Positions 37,182-49,500 of a DNA stretch of 64,000 nt are shown here, one piece after another; positions within the stretch are counted from its first letter, which is position 1, and each line of letters opens with the position of its first letter. A program made the position numbers and the translations under genes. Below the pieces are notes generated by a model that saw only the letters and a program-made list of their open reading frames with translations, did no database searches and was not told the origin of the DNA. Origin of the DNA: Malacoraja senta (lineage: Eukaryota); contig CM076000.1 in NCBI GenBank assembly GCA_038087875.1, forward strand, positions 2,294,001 through 2,358,000, in the 5' to 3' direction.

Positions 37182-37462
37182 GGGCAACACAGTGGCGCAG
37201 TGGTAGAGTTGCTGCTTTACAGCGCCAGTACCCGGGTTCAATGCTGCCTGTACGGAGTTTGCATGTTCTCCCCATGATCATATGGGTTTTTTCCGAGTGC
37301 TCTGGCTTCCTACCACATTCCAAAGATCAGCAGGTTTGTAGGCTAATTGGCTTCTGTAAATTGTCCCAAGTGTGTAGGATAGAGCTAAAGTCCGTGTGAC
37401 CGCCGGTCAGGTGGACTAGGTGGGCCTGTTTCCACGCTGTATCTCTGAATTGAACTAAACTG
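37182..37462 (+). mobile_element. HE1-like V-SINE
   Basis: SINE consensus with a small deletion. Confidence 0.8.
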
Positions 37463-37493
37463 AATAAGAAGATCTCACTTATAGTATGTTACT

Positions 37494-37547
37494 GGGGTGG
37501 CAGATTGCAACCTTCACGTGTTCCACCCTGTTTCGACTAATGCAATC
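37494..37547 (+). ncRNA. Minimal HDV-like self-cleaving ribozyme fold
   Basis: P1 GGGGUGG/CCACCCU (G1-U wobble), P2 GAUUGCA/UGCAAUC, P3 ACC/GUU (one mismatch), L3 UUCACGU, mini-P4 around UUCG, J4/2 CUAA. Confidence 0.75.
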
Positions 37548-37629
37548 AACCCGACATGCACAAACAAATAGATGTAGTTTTTCATGCCATTTGATCTACA
37601 ACTTTAGGCTGTGCACGCCATACACAAGA
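37494..37629 (+). mobile_element. 136-bp non-autonomous retroelement (Ingi/Vingi-like) beginning with an HDV-like ribozyme
   Basis: 11-bp TSD with one mismatch: agtatgttact (37483-37493) and agtatattact (37630-37640). 3' end ...ccatacacaaga(a). Confidence 0.75.
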
Positions 37630-38929
37630 AGTATATTACTCAGTAAGGGTATGTCAAACCTCATAGTATTTCCACCGAAACTTTTAAATGGAGGATTTAT
37701 GTGTAGCAAAGTCAATCAGGGAATCATTTTTTTATTATCCCTTGAAGGCTCACAGTTGTTTGGTTAAAATCCACTCGTATGATACGGTTGTGCTTGGGAA
37801 ATGATAATTAGTTAATCTGGTTCTCATTCCTAATGGTTCGTGTAAACACTTCACCCGAGGCCATCTCCATGCAATTCATCTAAAAATAGGTAGAGAGATT
37901 GAAATCAATTATCCTGTAGAACATAATGAATAATTCTAAATCTGCAGAAATATATATATCTCACCACAAATCACAGAAAACAAGCCGTTAAAGATATATC
38001 CTTACACTCTATCCAAATGCACTGATCATAGTCCACATTGCTGTGAAATGATTTCAGACCACCATTACCATAGCAACGACAGCAGAATTAATATTTACAT
38101 GGGAAAGGTGTACAAGATAACACATGTTTTAAGTTCCTTCAACCTTTCTTACTGCAAATATTTTTATTTTATTAATTTCAGACTCTTGAAAGTGAGCCTT
38201 TATCCCTACATCCTCAAGGCTGTGTTTAGTCTGATACTGGGACAGGTTTTGCAATATGTTCAGTAGAAGAAGAAAAGAATAAGTAGAGCAAAAGGCCAGA
38301 GGATTATGGCGACTCCGTCACATCAAGTTCATGTTCCTGCCATATTCTTAAAGCCTTTGAATCCTGTAAAGTCTAAAAATCTGACACGCAAAAATCTGAA
38401 TATGTTTAACATGCTGCATGGTCTCAGCACTCGCCCCGATCACTCCCTTTTCTCCCCTCTCCCAAGAGGTACAGAAGTGTGGAAATGCACAACTCCAGAT
38501 TCAGGGGCAGTTTCTTCCCAGCTGTTATCAGGCAACTGAACCATCTTATCAACAACCAGAGTGTGGTCTTGAGCTACCATCTACCTCACTGGAGACCCTC
38601 AGACTACCTTTAATCGGACTTTACTGAACTTTATGATGCACTCAACGTTATTGCCTTTATCCTGTATATGTACGTTCTCCCTGTGACTGCGTGTGTTTAC
38701 TCTGGATGTTCTGGGTTCCTCCCACATTCCAAAGATGTACAGGATTGTAGGTTAAAAGATTTCAGATTCAGGTCCCGACCTGAAACTTCACCCATCTGTG
38801 TTCTCCAGAGATGCTGCCTGACCCGCTGAGTTACTCCAGCATTTCGTACCTTTCCATTTACAAGTTTGGAGATGATATTACTATAGTGAGCTAGATTTCA
38901 GAAGGCGGAGAATAATCAATGTTTTAATG

Positions 38930-39340
38930 GTGCTTTATTGTCACGTGTGTACTGCACAGTGAAATTGTTTTTGCATCGATCACACAGGCACGAGTCGCCA
39001 TATTTTGGCGCCATTCACAAAAAGTCCAAACTCGCTCGATGTACTGGAGCGCTCCCGATCCAGGTAAGCCCCAGGTTGCTGCAGGGCCTCCTCTGTCATC
39101 CTCTATTGGCTTGGCCCATGAACCGACGTTCCTCTCCTTGCCCGACCGCCACTATGTCCCAGGAGCGCCTCCTGCAGCCGACCTTGAAGGCGCTGGAGGC
39201 AATACCTGGTCCCTCTCCTACCGGCCCACTCCTCGCATCCGTTGTCGCCAGCGGCTCCCTCCTCCTTGGCTCTCTGGTCTTTGGGGCCGAGCTCGGCGGC
39301 TTCCCCTCTTCAGGCAGCGGCCCATCGGGTCTTCCTTCAG
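38930..39340 (-). mobile_element. GC-rich non-autonomous repeat with LINE-like ttattgtcac tail (family 2)
   Basis: Shares cccgatccaggtRagcccca and gcgcctcctgcagccgaYcttga with 45619-46240. Confidence 0.6.
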
Positions 39341-39825
39341 ATAGAGAGCTTAGTACTTTCTTCATTCCAGTGGTGGATTTGGTTAGGTATATATATATAT
39401 ATATTACCTGCTTATTTACAGCCCCTGGATATCAGAAGGGTCCATCAGTAATGACCCTGAATAACCACAAAAAAGAGTTTCAAATCCAGGCCATTATTCT
39501 TAATCCTTTTATAGTGTGGTGTCACAGATCACAGTGAAACACAAATCAGATTTAGTGTGTTTTTTGTGATATTTGGGGCAGCTGAAATTAGTAGATCCTT
39601 TGGTGTCACCCTGTGAGTAGCTTTGTGCTGTGGACCTGTGAATATAAGGAATGGGATTTAGGCTGCCCAACTTTTCACGGCAGAAAAGGAACTCTTTTCA
39701 TGAATTTAAAATAGTGCAGGAGTTGAACAAAAACGGTGCGAACACATTCACCACATATTGTGGTCTTTTGCACACATGGCAATACATTTACAGGGCACTT
39801 CTTGATGGAGAAATGTACATTTAAT

Positions 39826-40123
39826 TTGGTTTAGTTTAGAGAAACAGCGCGGAAACAGGCCCGTCGGCTCACCGAGTCCGCGCCGACGTGCGACACTGCA
39901 CACTAACGCTAACCTACACACATTAGGGACAATTGTACAATTCTACCGAGGCCAATTAGCCTACAAACCTGTACGTATTTGGAGTGTGGAAGGAAACCGG
40001 AGAACCTGGAGAAAACCCACATGGTCACAGGGAGAACATACAAACTCCGTACAGACAGCACCCGTAGTCAGGATCGAACCCGGATCTCTGGCGCTGTAAG
40101 GCAGCAACTCTACCGCTGTACCA
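39826..40123 (-). mobile_element. HE1-like V-SINE
   Basis: Reverse complement of the SINE consensus, CpG-rich. Confidence 0.85.
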
Positions 40124-40500
40124 CATTTGCAGGATTCAAATTATTTTCAAAGTGCAATTATCATTTGTATTTGTAAATGCATTTGCACAGCAATGAGAAT
40201 GATATAATTGCCATGGGTTTATCATAGTTATTTGCTATTCCCGTCAACATTTTTGATGAATGCATTTGGTTTAAGTGCCATTAACATTGCACTTATGTGG
40301 AGAATGCAAGTGGAAGATTGGTACTGAGCAGGTAATAAGAATGTTGGTGGTGCTTCAAGTGGAGAATGCAAGTGGAAGATTGCTACAAATACTGTACTTC
40401 CAACAAAGCTAAAATTTGCACTACTCTAAAATGTGTTTGTGAAATCCTGTGTGATTATTATCATTGGTTTCTTACAATTAAAATGTCTTACAAATCAACC

Positions 40501-40803
40501 GGCACAGTGGTAGAGTTGCTGCCTTACAGCGCCAGACACCCGGGTCCAATCCTGACTACGGGTGCTGTCTGTACAAAGTTTGCACATTCTTCTCGTGACC
40601 TGCGTAAGTTTTCTCCGGGTGCTCCAGTTTCCTCCAACACTCCAAAGATGTACAGGTTGGTAGGCTAATTGGCTTGACAAAACTGTAAATTGTCCCTAGT
40701 GTGTGCAAGATAGTGTTAGTGTGTGGGAATCGCTGGTTGGTGCGGACCCGGTGGGCCGAAGGCCCTGATTCCGTGCTGTATCTCTAAACTAAACTAAACT
40801 AAA
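40501..40803 (+). mobile_element. HE1-like V-SINE
   Basis: SINE consensus with (ctaaa)n tail. Confidence 0.85.
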
Positions 40804-41559
40804 AGATAAAGAGGTTAAGGTGAATGTATAGCAAGTAAAACTCTGTCAAAGACTAAAACCCATCCATAAATGTTTGTTATTAAAGTTCCCCTTCATGTGT
40901 ATGATCACTTACAGATGTTGGTTTGCTAAGTATTTCAGCACCTTTTTTAAAGAGGCAGTGCCGTCAGTTTGCACTCTGCTTATAATTGGAATTTAACTCA
41001 AGAAATGGACATTTATGTAGCATGCTAAATCTTTTCAGCACTATAGCCCATTATGAGAACAAGGCTTTAGTCCGTTATCAAGCTGAAAGCTCTTTGGATA
41101 CTGTCAAGATCAAGTCAAATTTATTTCACTGAGCTAGAATGAAGATTCTTTTGGCTACTTCAATGGAATTCCACAAGTTCCAAACTTATTTTTATTTGCA
41201 ATATTGTCAGGTTTTTCAATAATACTTTGAAGATTCTCAGGTAGCATTTCATTGTAATTGGCAAACAAGGCTATCTTTAAACAGACTTTACTGGACTTTA
41301 TTGGGCCATACAGTGGTAGAGTTACTGCCTTACAGTGCCAGAGACCCGGGTTCGATTCTGACTACGGGTTGCTGTCTGTAAGGAGCTTGTATGTTCTCCC
41401 TGTGACTGCATGGGTTTTCTCTGGGTGCTCCAGTTTTCTCCCACACTCCAAAGGCATACAGGCTTGTAGGTTAATTGGCTTTGATTAAAAAAAGTAAATC
41501 GTCCCTAGTGTGTAGGATAGTGTTAGTGTACAAGGATAGCTGGTCGGTATGGACCCATC

Positions 41560-41974
41560 TCCACAGTCGCCCAAAGAATCGTTACGTTTTTCTGGTCGCC
41601 GCTGGAATTTGAAATGTTCAAAACTTTTCGGCGACTGTTGGCTTGATGCCAATGAGCGTAGCTTGACTTCTCCTGACGTAGGTGCTGTCGTAGGTTGTCA
41701 CCAGGATGATGTAGGTTGTCGCCGGTGCTGACTTCGGTGAATTCCATTGGCGACTACCTACGTCAACCTACGTAAACCGGCAACAGGTACCGGCGACTGA
41801 ATTCTCTTACCTTGTCGTAGCTTGTGGACGTAGGTTGTCGTTGGTGGACGTCCTAATGGGTCGCCGGTTGTCGGTAGCTTGCCGTAGCTTGACGTCGACT
41901 AGGTGGTAGGTTGTTGTAGACATTGTCGTAGGGGGGTCCAGTCGCCAGTTTTTCGGCAACCTGCTATGACTATG
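41560..41974. mobile_element. CpG-rich internal fragment of a probable non-autonomous DNA transposon, between two oppositely oriented V-SINE halves (41308-41553 +, 41975-42090 -)
   Basis: Dense short repeats gtcgcc/ggcgac, gtaggttgtcg and cgtagcttg. No termini visible, so the class assignment is tentative. Confidence 0.45.
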
Positions 41975-42431
41975 AGGAAACCCAAGTGGTGACAGGGAGA
42001 GCATGCAAACTCCGCACAGACAGTGCCCAAGGTCAGGATCGAACCTGGGTTGCTGGCGTTGCGGGACAACAGGTCTACCACTGTGTGCCGCCCTGCTTGT
42101 TCCTGCTTTAATCGAGGCCCTCGGTGGAAAAGATATACAAAACCATTGCAGTCAGACTATGACGAATTTTACAACCAGCTTGCAAAATTCACATCAAATG
42201 AATGGAAGTCAGATAGGAATTGGAAATGTAAGGAAATATATAATAGAAATATTAAGTAAATCCAACTGCTATCAAAACTAAAAACAGCAATATCTGCAGT
42301 GATCACTGATTACTAAGCACAGTAACTTTTAGTGAAAGGGAAAGAATCTTTACTCCTACCAGGCCAGTGCCCTTTTGATGAACTTCATCCCTTCATTCTG
42401 GACACCTCACTATATCCTTCAAACACTGTGT

Positions 42432-42762
42432 GGGGCGGCACACAGTGGTGCAGTGGTAGAGCTGCTGTTGCTCACAGTGCCAGGGATCCTGGTTCGATCC
42501 TGACCTCGAGTGTTGTCAGTGTAGAGTTTGCACATTCTCCATGTGACCATGTGAGTTTCCTCTGGGTGCTCTGGTTTCCTCCCACATCCCAAAGACCTGT
42601 GGTTTGTAGGTGAATTTGGCCACCGTAATTTGGCCCTAGTGTGTTAGGAGTAGAGGAGAGAGTGGGATAACATAGAAACTAATGCGAACGGGTGATGATG
42701 GTCGACATGTCGAAAGGCCTGTTTCCAGTCTGTATTTCTAAAACTAAAAACTAAATCTAAAA
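42432..42762 (+). mobile_element. V-SINE, older subfamily
   Basis: tRNA-like head, V-domain-like core and variant tail (gtgggataacatagaa.cta). Confidence 0.8.
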
Positions 42763-43584
42763 CTTCAACAAAAAAACTCAGACTCTTCAGAAACACATCT
42801 GAAGATTTCAACCATAATAAATCATTTGGCAAAGTCACATTGATCAATTCAACTCATAATCTTTAAATCTTTAATTAGATCATTTCAAAGTCTAGTTTGC
42901 ATATTAAAATATCCCTAATGAAAGAAAACATTTGTTCAGCTGATTCATTCCCTCAACAGTTTACCCTTGTTGATAACGTAAGTATTTGCCATTAAGGATG
43001 CTTCTTTTAAGAGGATTCAGAGCAATCCATCACTTTCAAATGGATGAAGCACATAGTATTCCTGAATGATTCATTATGAGAAAATAGTGCTTTATTCTGG
43101 GAGCATATTAAAGAGTGATGCCACATAACCAATTTTTCTTCATTCTGTCAGTATGAGCAGTCATTAATACATCATCATGTTCTAAATCAGGAATGTGATG
43201 TTGCAAAATACATACGGGGAATGTTCTGATAAAGTGAGTAAACTTTATACAGTGCATCAAATACTGTTTATTGCAGAACTGAGCCATTGACAATGCTTTC
43301 TGCACCCATTTGAAAGAACAGTATAACACTGGAACAGGCCATTCAGCCCACAATTTTTCTCCCGAACATGGTACCAAGGCCAAATCTTATCAGCTTTCTA
43401 GATCATCCATGTCCCTCCATTCCCTACATAACCACGTGACTAAAGCCTCCAAAAGCCTCTTAAATGCCACTATTGTTGTTGCCTCTAAGCACCCACCACT
43501 CATGAAAGGTTCACTAAAAATAATTAATAGAGCTCTGGGTGGAAAAGTCAAGAAAAAATGTTAAACAGTGTTTCTACTAGATAT

Positions 43585-43910
43585 GTAGGAAGGAACTTGA
43601 GATGATGGTTTATATCGAAGATAGACACAAAGTGCTGGAGTATCTCAACAGGTCAGGCAGCATCTCTGGAGAAAAAGGATGGGTGATGTTTCATAATAGG
43701 AGCAGAATTTGGTCAATCAGCCCATCAAGTCTACTCTTTCAATCATGGCTGATCTATCTTTCTCTCTCAACACCATTCTCCAATCTTCACCCCATAACCC
43801 CTGATACCCATACTAATCAATAATCTGTCAATCTCCACCTTAAAAATATCCATTGACTTAGCCTCCACTGACTTGGTTTTGAGTCAAGACCCTTTTTTCA
43901 TACTGAAAAT

Positions 43911-43943
<33 letters not shown>

Positions 43944-44400
43944 GGGGAAGAAAGGGGAGAGGGTGGTATAAGATGGTTACTTAAAGATAGAGATTTCAAC
44001 GTTCATGCCGCTGGGTTGTAAGCTGCCCAAATGACATATGAGGTTCTGTTCCTCCAATTTGCATGTGGCTTCACTCTGGCAATGGTGGAGGCCCAGGACA
44101 GGAAGGCCAGTGTGGGAATGGGAAGGGATGTTGAAATGGTTCGCAACCAGGGGATCCCGTAGGCCTTGGAGGACCAAGCGTAAGTGTTCAGCAAAACAAT
44201 CGCCGAGTCTACGTTTCGTCTCGCCGACATACAGGGGCTCACATCAGGAACACCAAATGCAGTAGATGAGGTTAGAGGATGTACATATGAACCTCTGCCT
44301 TAACCGAAAGGACTGTCAGGGTCCCTGGATGGTCGAGGGAGGAGGTAAAGGAGACGTGTTACATCTCTTGCGGTTGCAGGGGAAAGTACCTGGAGAGACG
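43585..44400 (-). mobile_element. Penelope-like element 3' fragment with GIY-YIG endonuclease remnant (contains a CR1 tail ~43695-43870 and a poly-G run 43911-43941)
   Basis: Minus-strand translation SNLIYCIWCS*CEPLYVGETKRRLGDCFAEHL...VANHFN..SHSH...LEEQNLI.HLGSLQPSGMN. Confidence 0.85.
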
Positions 44401-44789
44401 GTCGTATGGCATGTGTGCCATTAAGTAGAGTCAGGAGCTACATTTATGACAATGCACATGCAGATGTCCTGGACTTGCTGCCTCCTAGATGGCTAAATGC
44501 CAGTGTCGTTTGTAGCTGCTAGCATCTGCTTCCAAGACCCAACTCAACAACTCTTAGCAATCTCTCTTGATTTTTTTAGGATGATTCTTATTGAAATGTG
44601 TCCCTGCTGTTTACTTCCATCTGCAAGGGGACTGATTAACAGCACATAAAAGTAAGAACACTTCAGGGAAAGGCCATTCCGATTGTTAAAAGGAATTAAA
44701 ATGTAATTACTTGAATCTGAATGTGATATCTTTTTTGACAGCTTTACTGCTTCTTAGCTCAACAAATTGAAACACTGTGGGACATTTAT

Positions 44790-45330
44790 ACACAATTATT
44801 TAGAGTATTGTGTTCAGTTCTGGGCACCATGTCATAGGAAAGATGTTGTCAAGCTGGAAAGGGTACAGGGAAGATTTACGAGGGTGTTGCCAGGACTCAG
44901 GGGCCTGAGCTGTACGGAAAGGTTGAGCAGGCTCGGACTCGATTCCTTGGAGTGCAGGAGGATGAGGGGTCATTTTATACAGTAGGTGTACAAAATCCTG
45001 AGAGGAATAGATTGGGTAAACGCACAGAGTCTCTTGCCCGGAGGACATACAGTAGGTTTAAGGTGAGGGGAAAAAGATTTAATAGTAACCTGAGGGGCAA
45101 CTTTTTCACACAAAAGGTGGTGGGTGTATGGAACAAACTACCAGATGAGGTAGTTGAGGTAGATACTGTCGCAACATTTAAGAAACATTTAGACAGGTCC
45201 ATGGATTGGATAGGTTTAGAAGATTATGAGCCAAACGCAGCCAGGTGGGACTACTGTAGATGGGACATGTTGGACGGTGTGGGCAAGTTGAGTCGAAGAG
45301 CCTGTTTCCACAGTGTATGACTCTATGACG
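44790..45330 (+). mobile_element. Degenerate CR1 LINE 3' fragment
   Basis: LEYCVQFWAP..RKDVVKLERVQGRFTRVLPGL; NLRGNFFTQKVVGVWNKLP. Confidence 0.88.
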
Positions 45331-45618
45331 TACTGGCATGCATTCAACAAAATTTTAAAATTCATTGCACGTTGCAAGTATATTTAGATGTCACTGTTGA
45401 AATAGATTGTAAATCAGGAAACTATGCATACTATTATAATTCTGCCATAGCTGTTAAATATTTATGAGTCTGCAAAATGTTATCTCAATCTGCACAAATA
45501 CAAAATTATGATTGATTACGGCTTATTACATTCAATAAAAAGTCTGATGCCAGAATAAGATATGAGATTATGATGCTGATGTTTCACTTTGAGGAAGTAA
45601 TGAGGTGTTCAAAGGTGC

Positions 45619-46240
45619 TGTTATTGTCACATGTGCAAATGCACAGTGAAATTATTTTCTTACATACAGTCCAGCACAGTATGGCCAGACCTCAGCACAT
45701 CCTTGATTAGCAAGAAATAGTCCACTGAGACTGCATGCAAGAGGCTCCAGGTTTTGGTGGCATTTTTTAAGTTGAGTCCACGCTCTAGTTGTTATGAGCG
45801 GTGCCCGATCCAGGTGAGCCCCAGACTGCTGCGGGCCTCCAGCCATTCCCTTCCTTGGACGTGTGGATCGACCAGCGAACCAACGTACCTCTCCTCGCTT
45901 GTCCACCTTTGTGCCCCGGGGGCGCCTCCTGCAGCCGATCTTGAGGGCACGGTAGGCCAGACTCCGATTCCCTCTCCTACGGGCCTCGGTCATCGCCCAC
46001 CGCGTCCATCGTCATCGGCTTCATCCTCCTGGTCTCTGATCTTCGGAGGACGAAGAGAGGCCAGCTCGGAGGTTCGCCCCGTAGGCCGGGGTCCACCGGG
46101 CCCTGCACTCAGCCATGGGGGACAAGCAAGGATTGGCTCAGCAGCTCCCCCTGCTGGCCGCGACGGGCTGGGAGCTTCTGCCATGCAGCGGTCTGGGAGG
46201 TGTGCGATCTGTTATCGGATTTTTCCAAAAATAATGTATT
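45619..46240 (-). mobile_element. GC-rich non-autonomous repeat with LINE-like tail (family 2)
   Basis: ttattgtcacatgtgcaaatgcacagtgaaatt tail and homology to 38930-39340. Confidence 0.6.
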
Positions 46241-46584
46241 ATAGATAGATTGATAGATATCTAGATCGATATTAAATAAATATCGTCCACTTCTTGATTG
46301 CATCCATGTAAATAAACGTTTTACCATTACTATAATTTGTGATGCCTCATAACATTTTATAATGATTGGTTTAATCTGCCTTCGGCAGGAATGGACTAAA
46401 TTTTACAAATATTAGTACATCCCACAGGTGGGAGAGCACTCTGCGTCTGTGTGGGGTGTATTTAAGAGCCGTGGTACAGGGTCAGTAGTAACAGTGCTGT
46501 CTACCCAACAGATGTAGAGTAGCACAAATATCTGTAATGACCACTCATAGAGTGTCTATCTCACAGCCCCAGTGAACCAAGTTT

Positions 46585-49500
46585 AATAGTAAGATTAAAC
46601 GAGAACTTACCAGTTTGAAGTTTGATCTGTATTTTATGAGGAGTTACGATGAGGGATTACGTGAAGACCCCGTCCAGCACGCATGCGCGACATTCTTCAA
46701 AGCAGCGGTGTGGAATCACAGGAAACACAATAATTGAAATAAACATAGTAAAGAAAAGGAGAACTAAGATACCTGTTGATCTATATATTTGAGGGTGGGA
46801 GCGGAGGGCACGTAATCCCTCATCGTAACTCCTCATAAAATACAGATCAAACTTCAAACTGGTAAGTTCTCGTTTAATCTTACTATTTTACTTCGGAGTC
46901 ACGTGAGTGACTTCGTGAAGACTTCAAAGCTCTGTGATTTCAAACCGTGTAACAGTTCATACTTCACTCGCTGCCGAAGTCATTCAAGGGAGGAAGTATG
47001 TTATCGTAATCAACCATAATCTGTTTGTAAACAATAATGGTATCTATTAAACAATAACAAAAGACAAAATGCTCCCCCGGGCTTAAATTATATAATTTTG
47101 CAGATTTTAAAACTCTTTCTGCAAATAACACAGGTTCTGCTAGCGGCTTGTGGTAGAACGTTTGGAACGTTTTCTCCATGTTCATTCTTTTAGCCGCCGA
47201 TGTGGATGCTGCCCTGGTGGAGTGAGATGTATATACATCAGTATCTACTCCAGCAGCTCCCAGTACCTGCTTGAGCCATCTCGAGATGGTTTGGCTCGAC
47301 ACCCAACCTTGAGGTTTCTTGTGGCTGACCCATAAGGCTTTTTAATTTATTTATTTATTTATTTATTTATATATATATATATATTTTTTTCCCTTCTCCC
47401 TCGAGAATCTCTTGTTGTGTTGATGTAAGTTAATAAGTGAGTCATGACACACAACCGTAGGTCAGGTGGGTATGCCCGGAAATCCATAACTAGGACTCAA
47501 GTTCCTGGCTTGCTCTGCTTTAGCAGCTCCTGAATGGTGAATGAGACCCGGTCTGGTGTTATAACCATGTTGTCCAGTCGCAGTAAGTGGAGGGACTGGA
47601 CTCTTTGTGCTGAGACTAGTAGCATCAGCATGACCGTTTTCAGGGTTAGCTTTTCCAGGGTGAGAGACCTGGCTGGGGACCATCCCCTTAGGTATGTCAG
47701 GACCACACTGACATCCCAGATTTGTGTATACCTAGGTCTAAGAGGGTTGGAGTTGACGATACTCCTCATGAGTTTGATCACCAGCGGGTGAGACCCTATG
47801 GCCTGTTGTCCTGGCACCTGTTTTAAGTAGGCTGACAGCGCACGTCTGGCAGTATTGATGGCGCTGTAGCTCAATCCTTCATTATGGTGAAGGCTCCCCA
47901 GGAACTCCAGTACATTGGTTATGGTTGCAGATGAGTACGTTGTCCCAGTAGTCGAGCAGTATCTTTCCCACTTCCTGATGCTCGATAGGTATTGTTTCCT
48001 GGTGGACATACGGTGTCATCATGTTGATGGTCCTGTCAGACAATCCCAGTCCCAGCAGTGGTCTTTTGATAATCTGCAACCCAGTAGGTTAATTTTGGCA
48101 TGGCATGGATGACTTATGCCTGATACAGGGTGCGTCAATAGGTCTGGGCTACTGGGAAAGGTCATAGGAGTGTCGATGACCATGTCGAGGACCACTGGGA
48201 ATCATGGCTGTGTAGGCCAGTTGGTACTATCAAAATACCTGAAGCAGAGTCCATCTGTATTTTGCGTAGTACCCTACAGATTAAGGCAGAAGGGGAAAAA
48301 GCATAGAAGAAATCTGTCCCCCAGTTCAGCGCGAATGCATCTATCGCTGCTGCCTCAGGGTGTGGTTCCCAAGGGACATACATTGGTACGTGGTGATTTA
48401 GTCTGGATGCAAAGAGATCGATATCTGGTGTGCCATATTGGTTTGTAATTTTAGCAAAGCTCTAGGATTTAACATCCATTTGGTGTTTATCATTGAATTT
48501 GCATGACCTGGCACTGTATTTAGCTTACCTGGTAGGTAAGTTGCTGATAGCCAAAAATGTCTATCGACCCACCATTACCAGATTGTGTTGACCCAATTGT
48601 CACATGATATCGATTTTATTCCGGCCATATGGTTAATATAGGCCACCACCGTGATATTTATCAATTTGTAAATGAACATGCAAGTTGTGCATATTCCTAG
48701 AATATGCTTTAAAACCATAAAACGCACCCAACATTTCCAAATAATTTATGCCCAGTGTTTGTAGTAAAGACGAGTCTAGGTTAGTCCATCTACCACCTGT
48801 GCTGGATATGGTATTAGTTGCTCCCCAGCCTTGAGCACTGGCATCTGTTTGTATAGTTAACGTTGGGTTATTGATGATGATAGGGCTGGAACTATGCCAA
48901 ATGTGTTATATGCACCATTGTAACTCTGATATTGCTTCAATGGGTAGTTTCATGGATCTGTCAAAGTGACCTGCATGTCGTTTCAACGCCTGTACTTTTG
49001 CCCTTTGTAGGTGCTGATAGTGCAGGAGTCCAAATTGTGTAGCTGAAAATGCTGCTACCATTTTGCCAATTACTCTTGCCACTTGTGGGATGGTTGGTTG
49101 ATTGCTTACCATTAAATTGTTGCACATCTGTGCCAATTCTGCTGCTTTACCTTTTGGCAACGTTACAGACATGTGGATTGAGTTAATTGAATCCCAGATA
49201 GTCCATAGTTGTGGATGGCGTCAACTTAGATTTATCTGGATGTATGACAAACCCAGGGTTTCAAACTATTATTTGGTAGCTAATACAGCTGATTTAGCCA
49301 ACTCCATGGTTTTGCCAACTATTAGGATATCATCAAGATACGCCATGACAATATGTCTTTGTTTCGCTAATGTTGCCAAGGCTGGTTTTAATATCTTGGT
49401 AAATAGTCTAAGGCTGATGTCAACCCATTAGGCAATACTTTATACTGCCATAGTTGCCCCATCCAGGTAAATTTTCAGGTATCTGCGATGACCCTTGTGA

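Noticed and set aside
43911..43941. 31-nt poly-G as a functional G-quadruplex
   Set aside because: It is an expanded homopolymer at a position that is C/G-rich in other Penelope copies, and its length may be a sequencing artefact.
30800..46660. The two convergent DIRS ends as TIRs of one 16-kb composite transposon
   Set aside because: Each end belongs to its own complete DIRS element from a different subfamily, and the sequence between them is ordinary genomic DNA.
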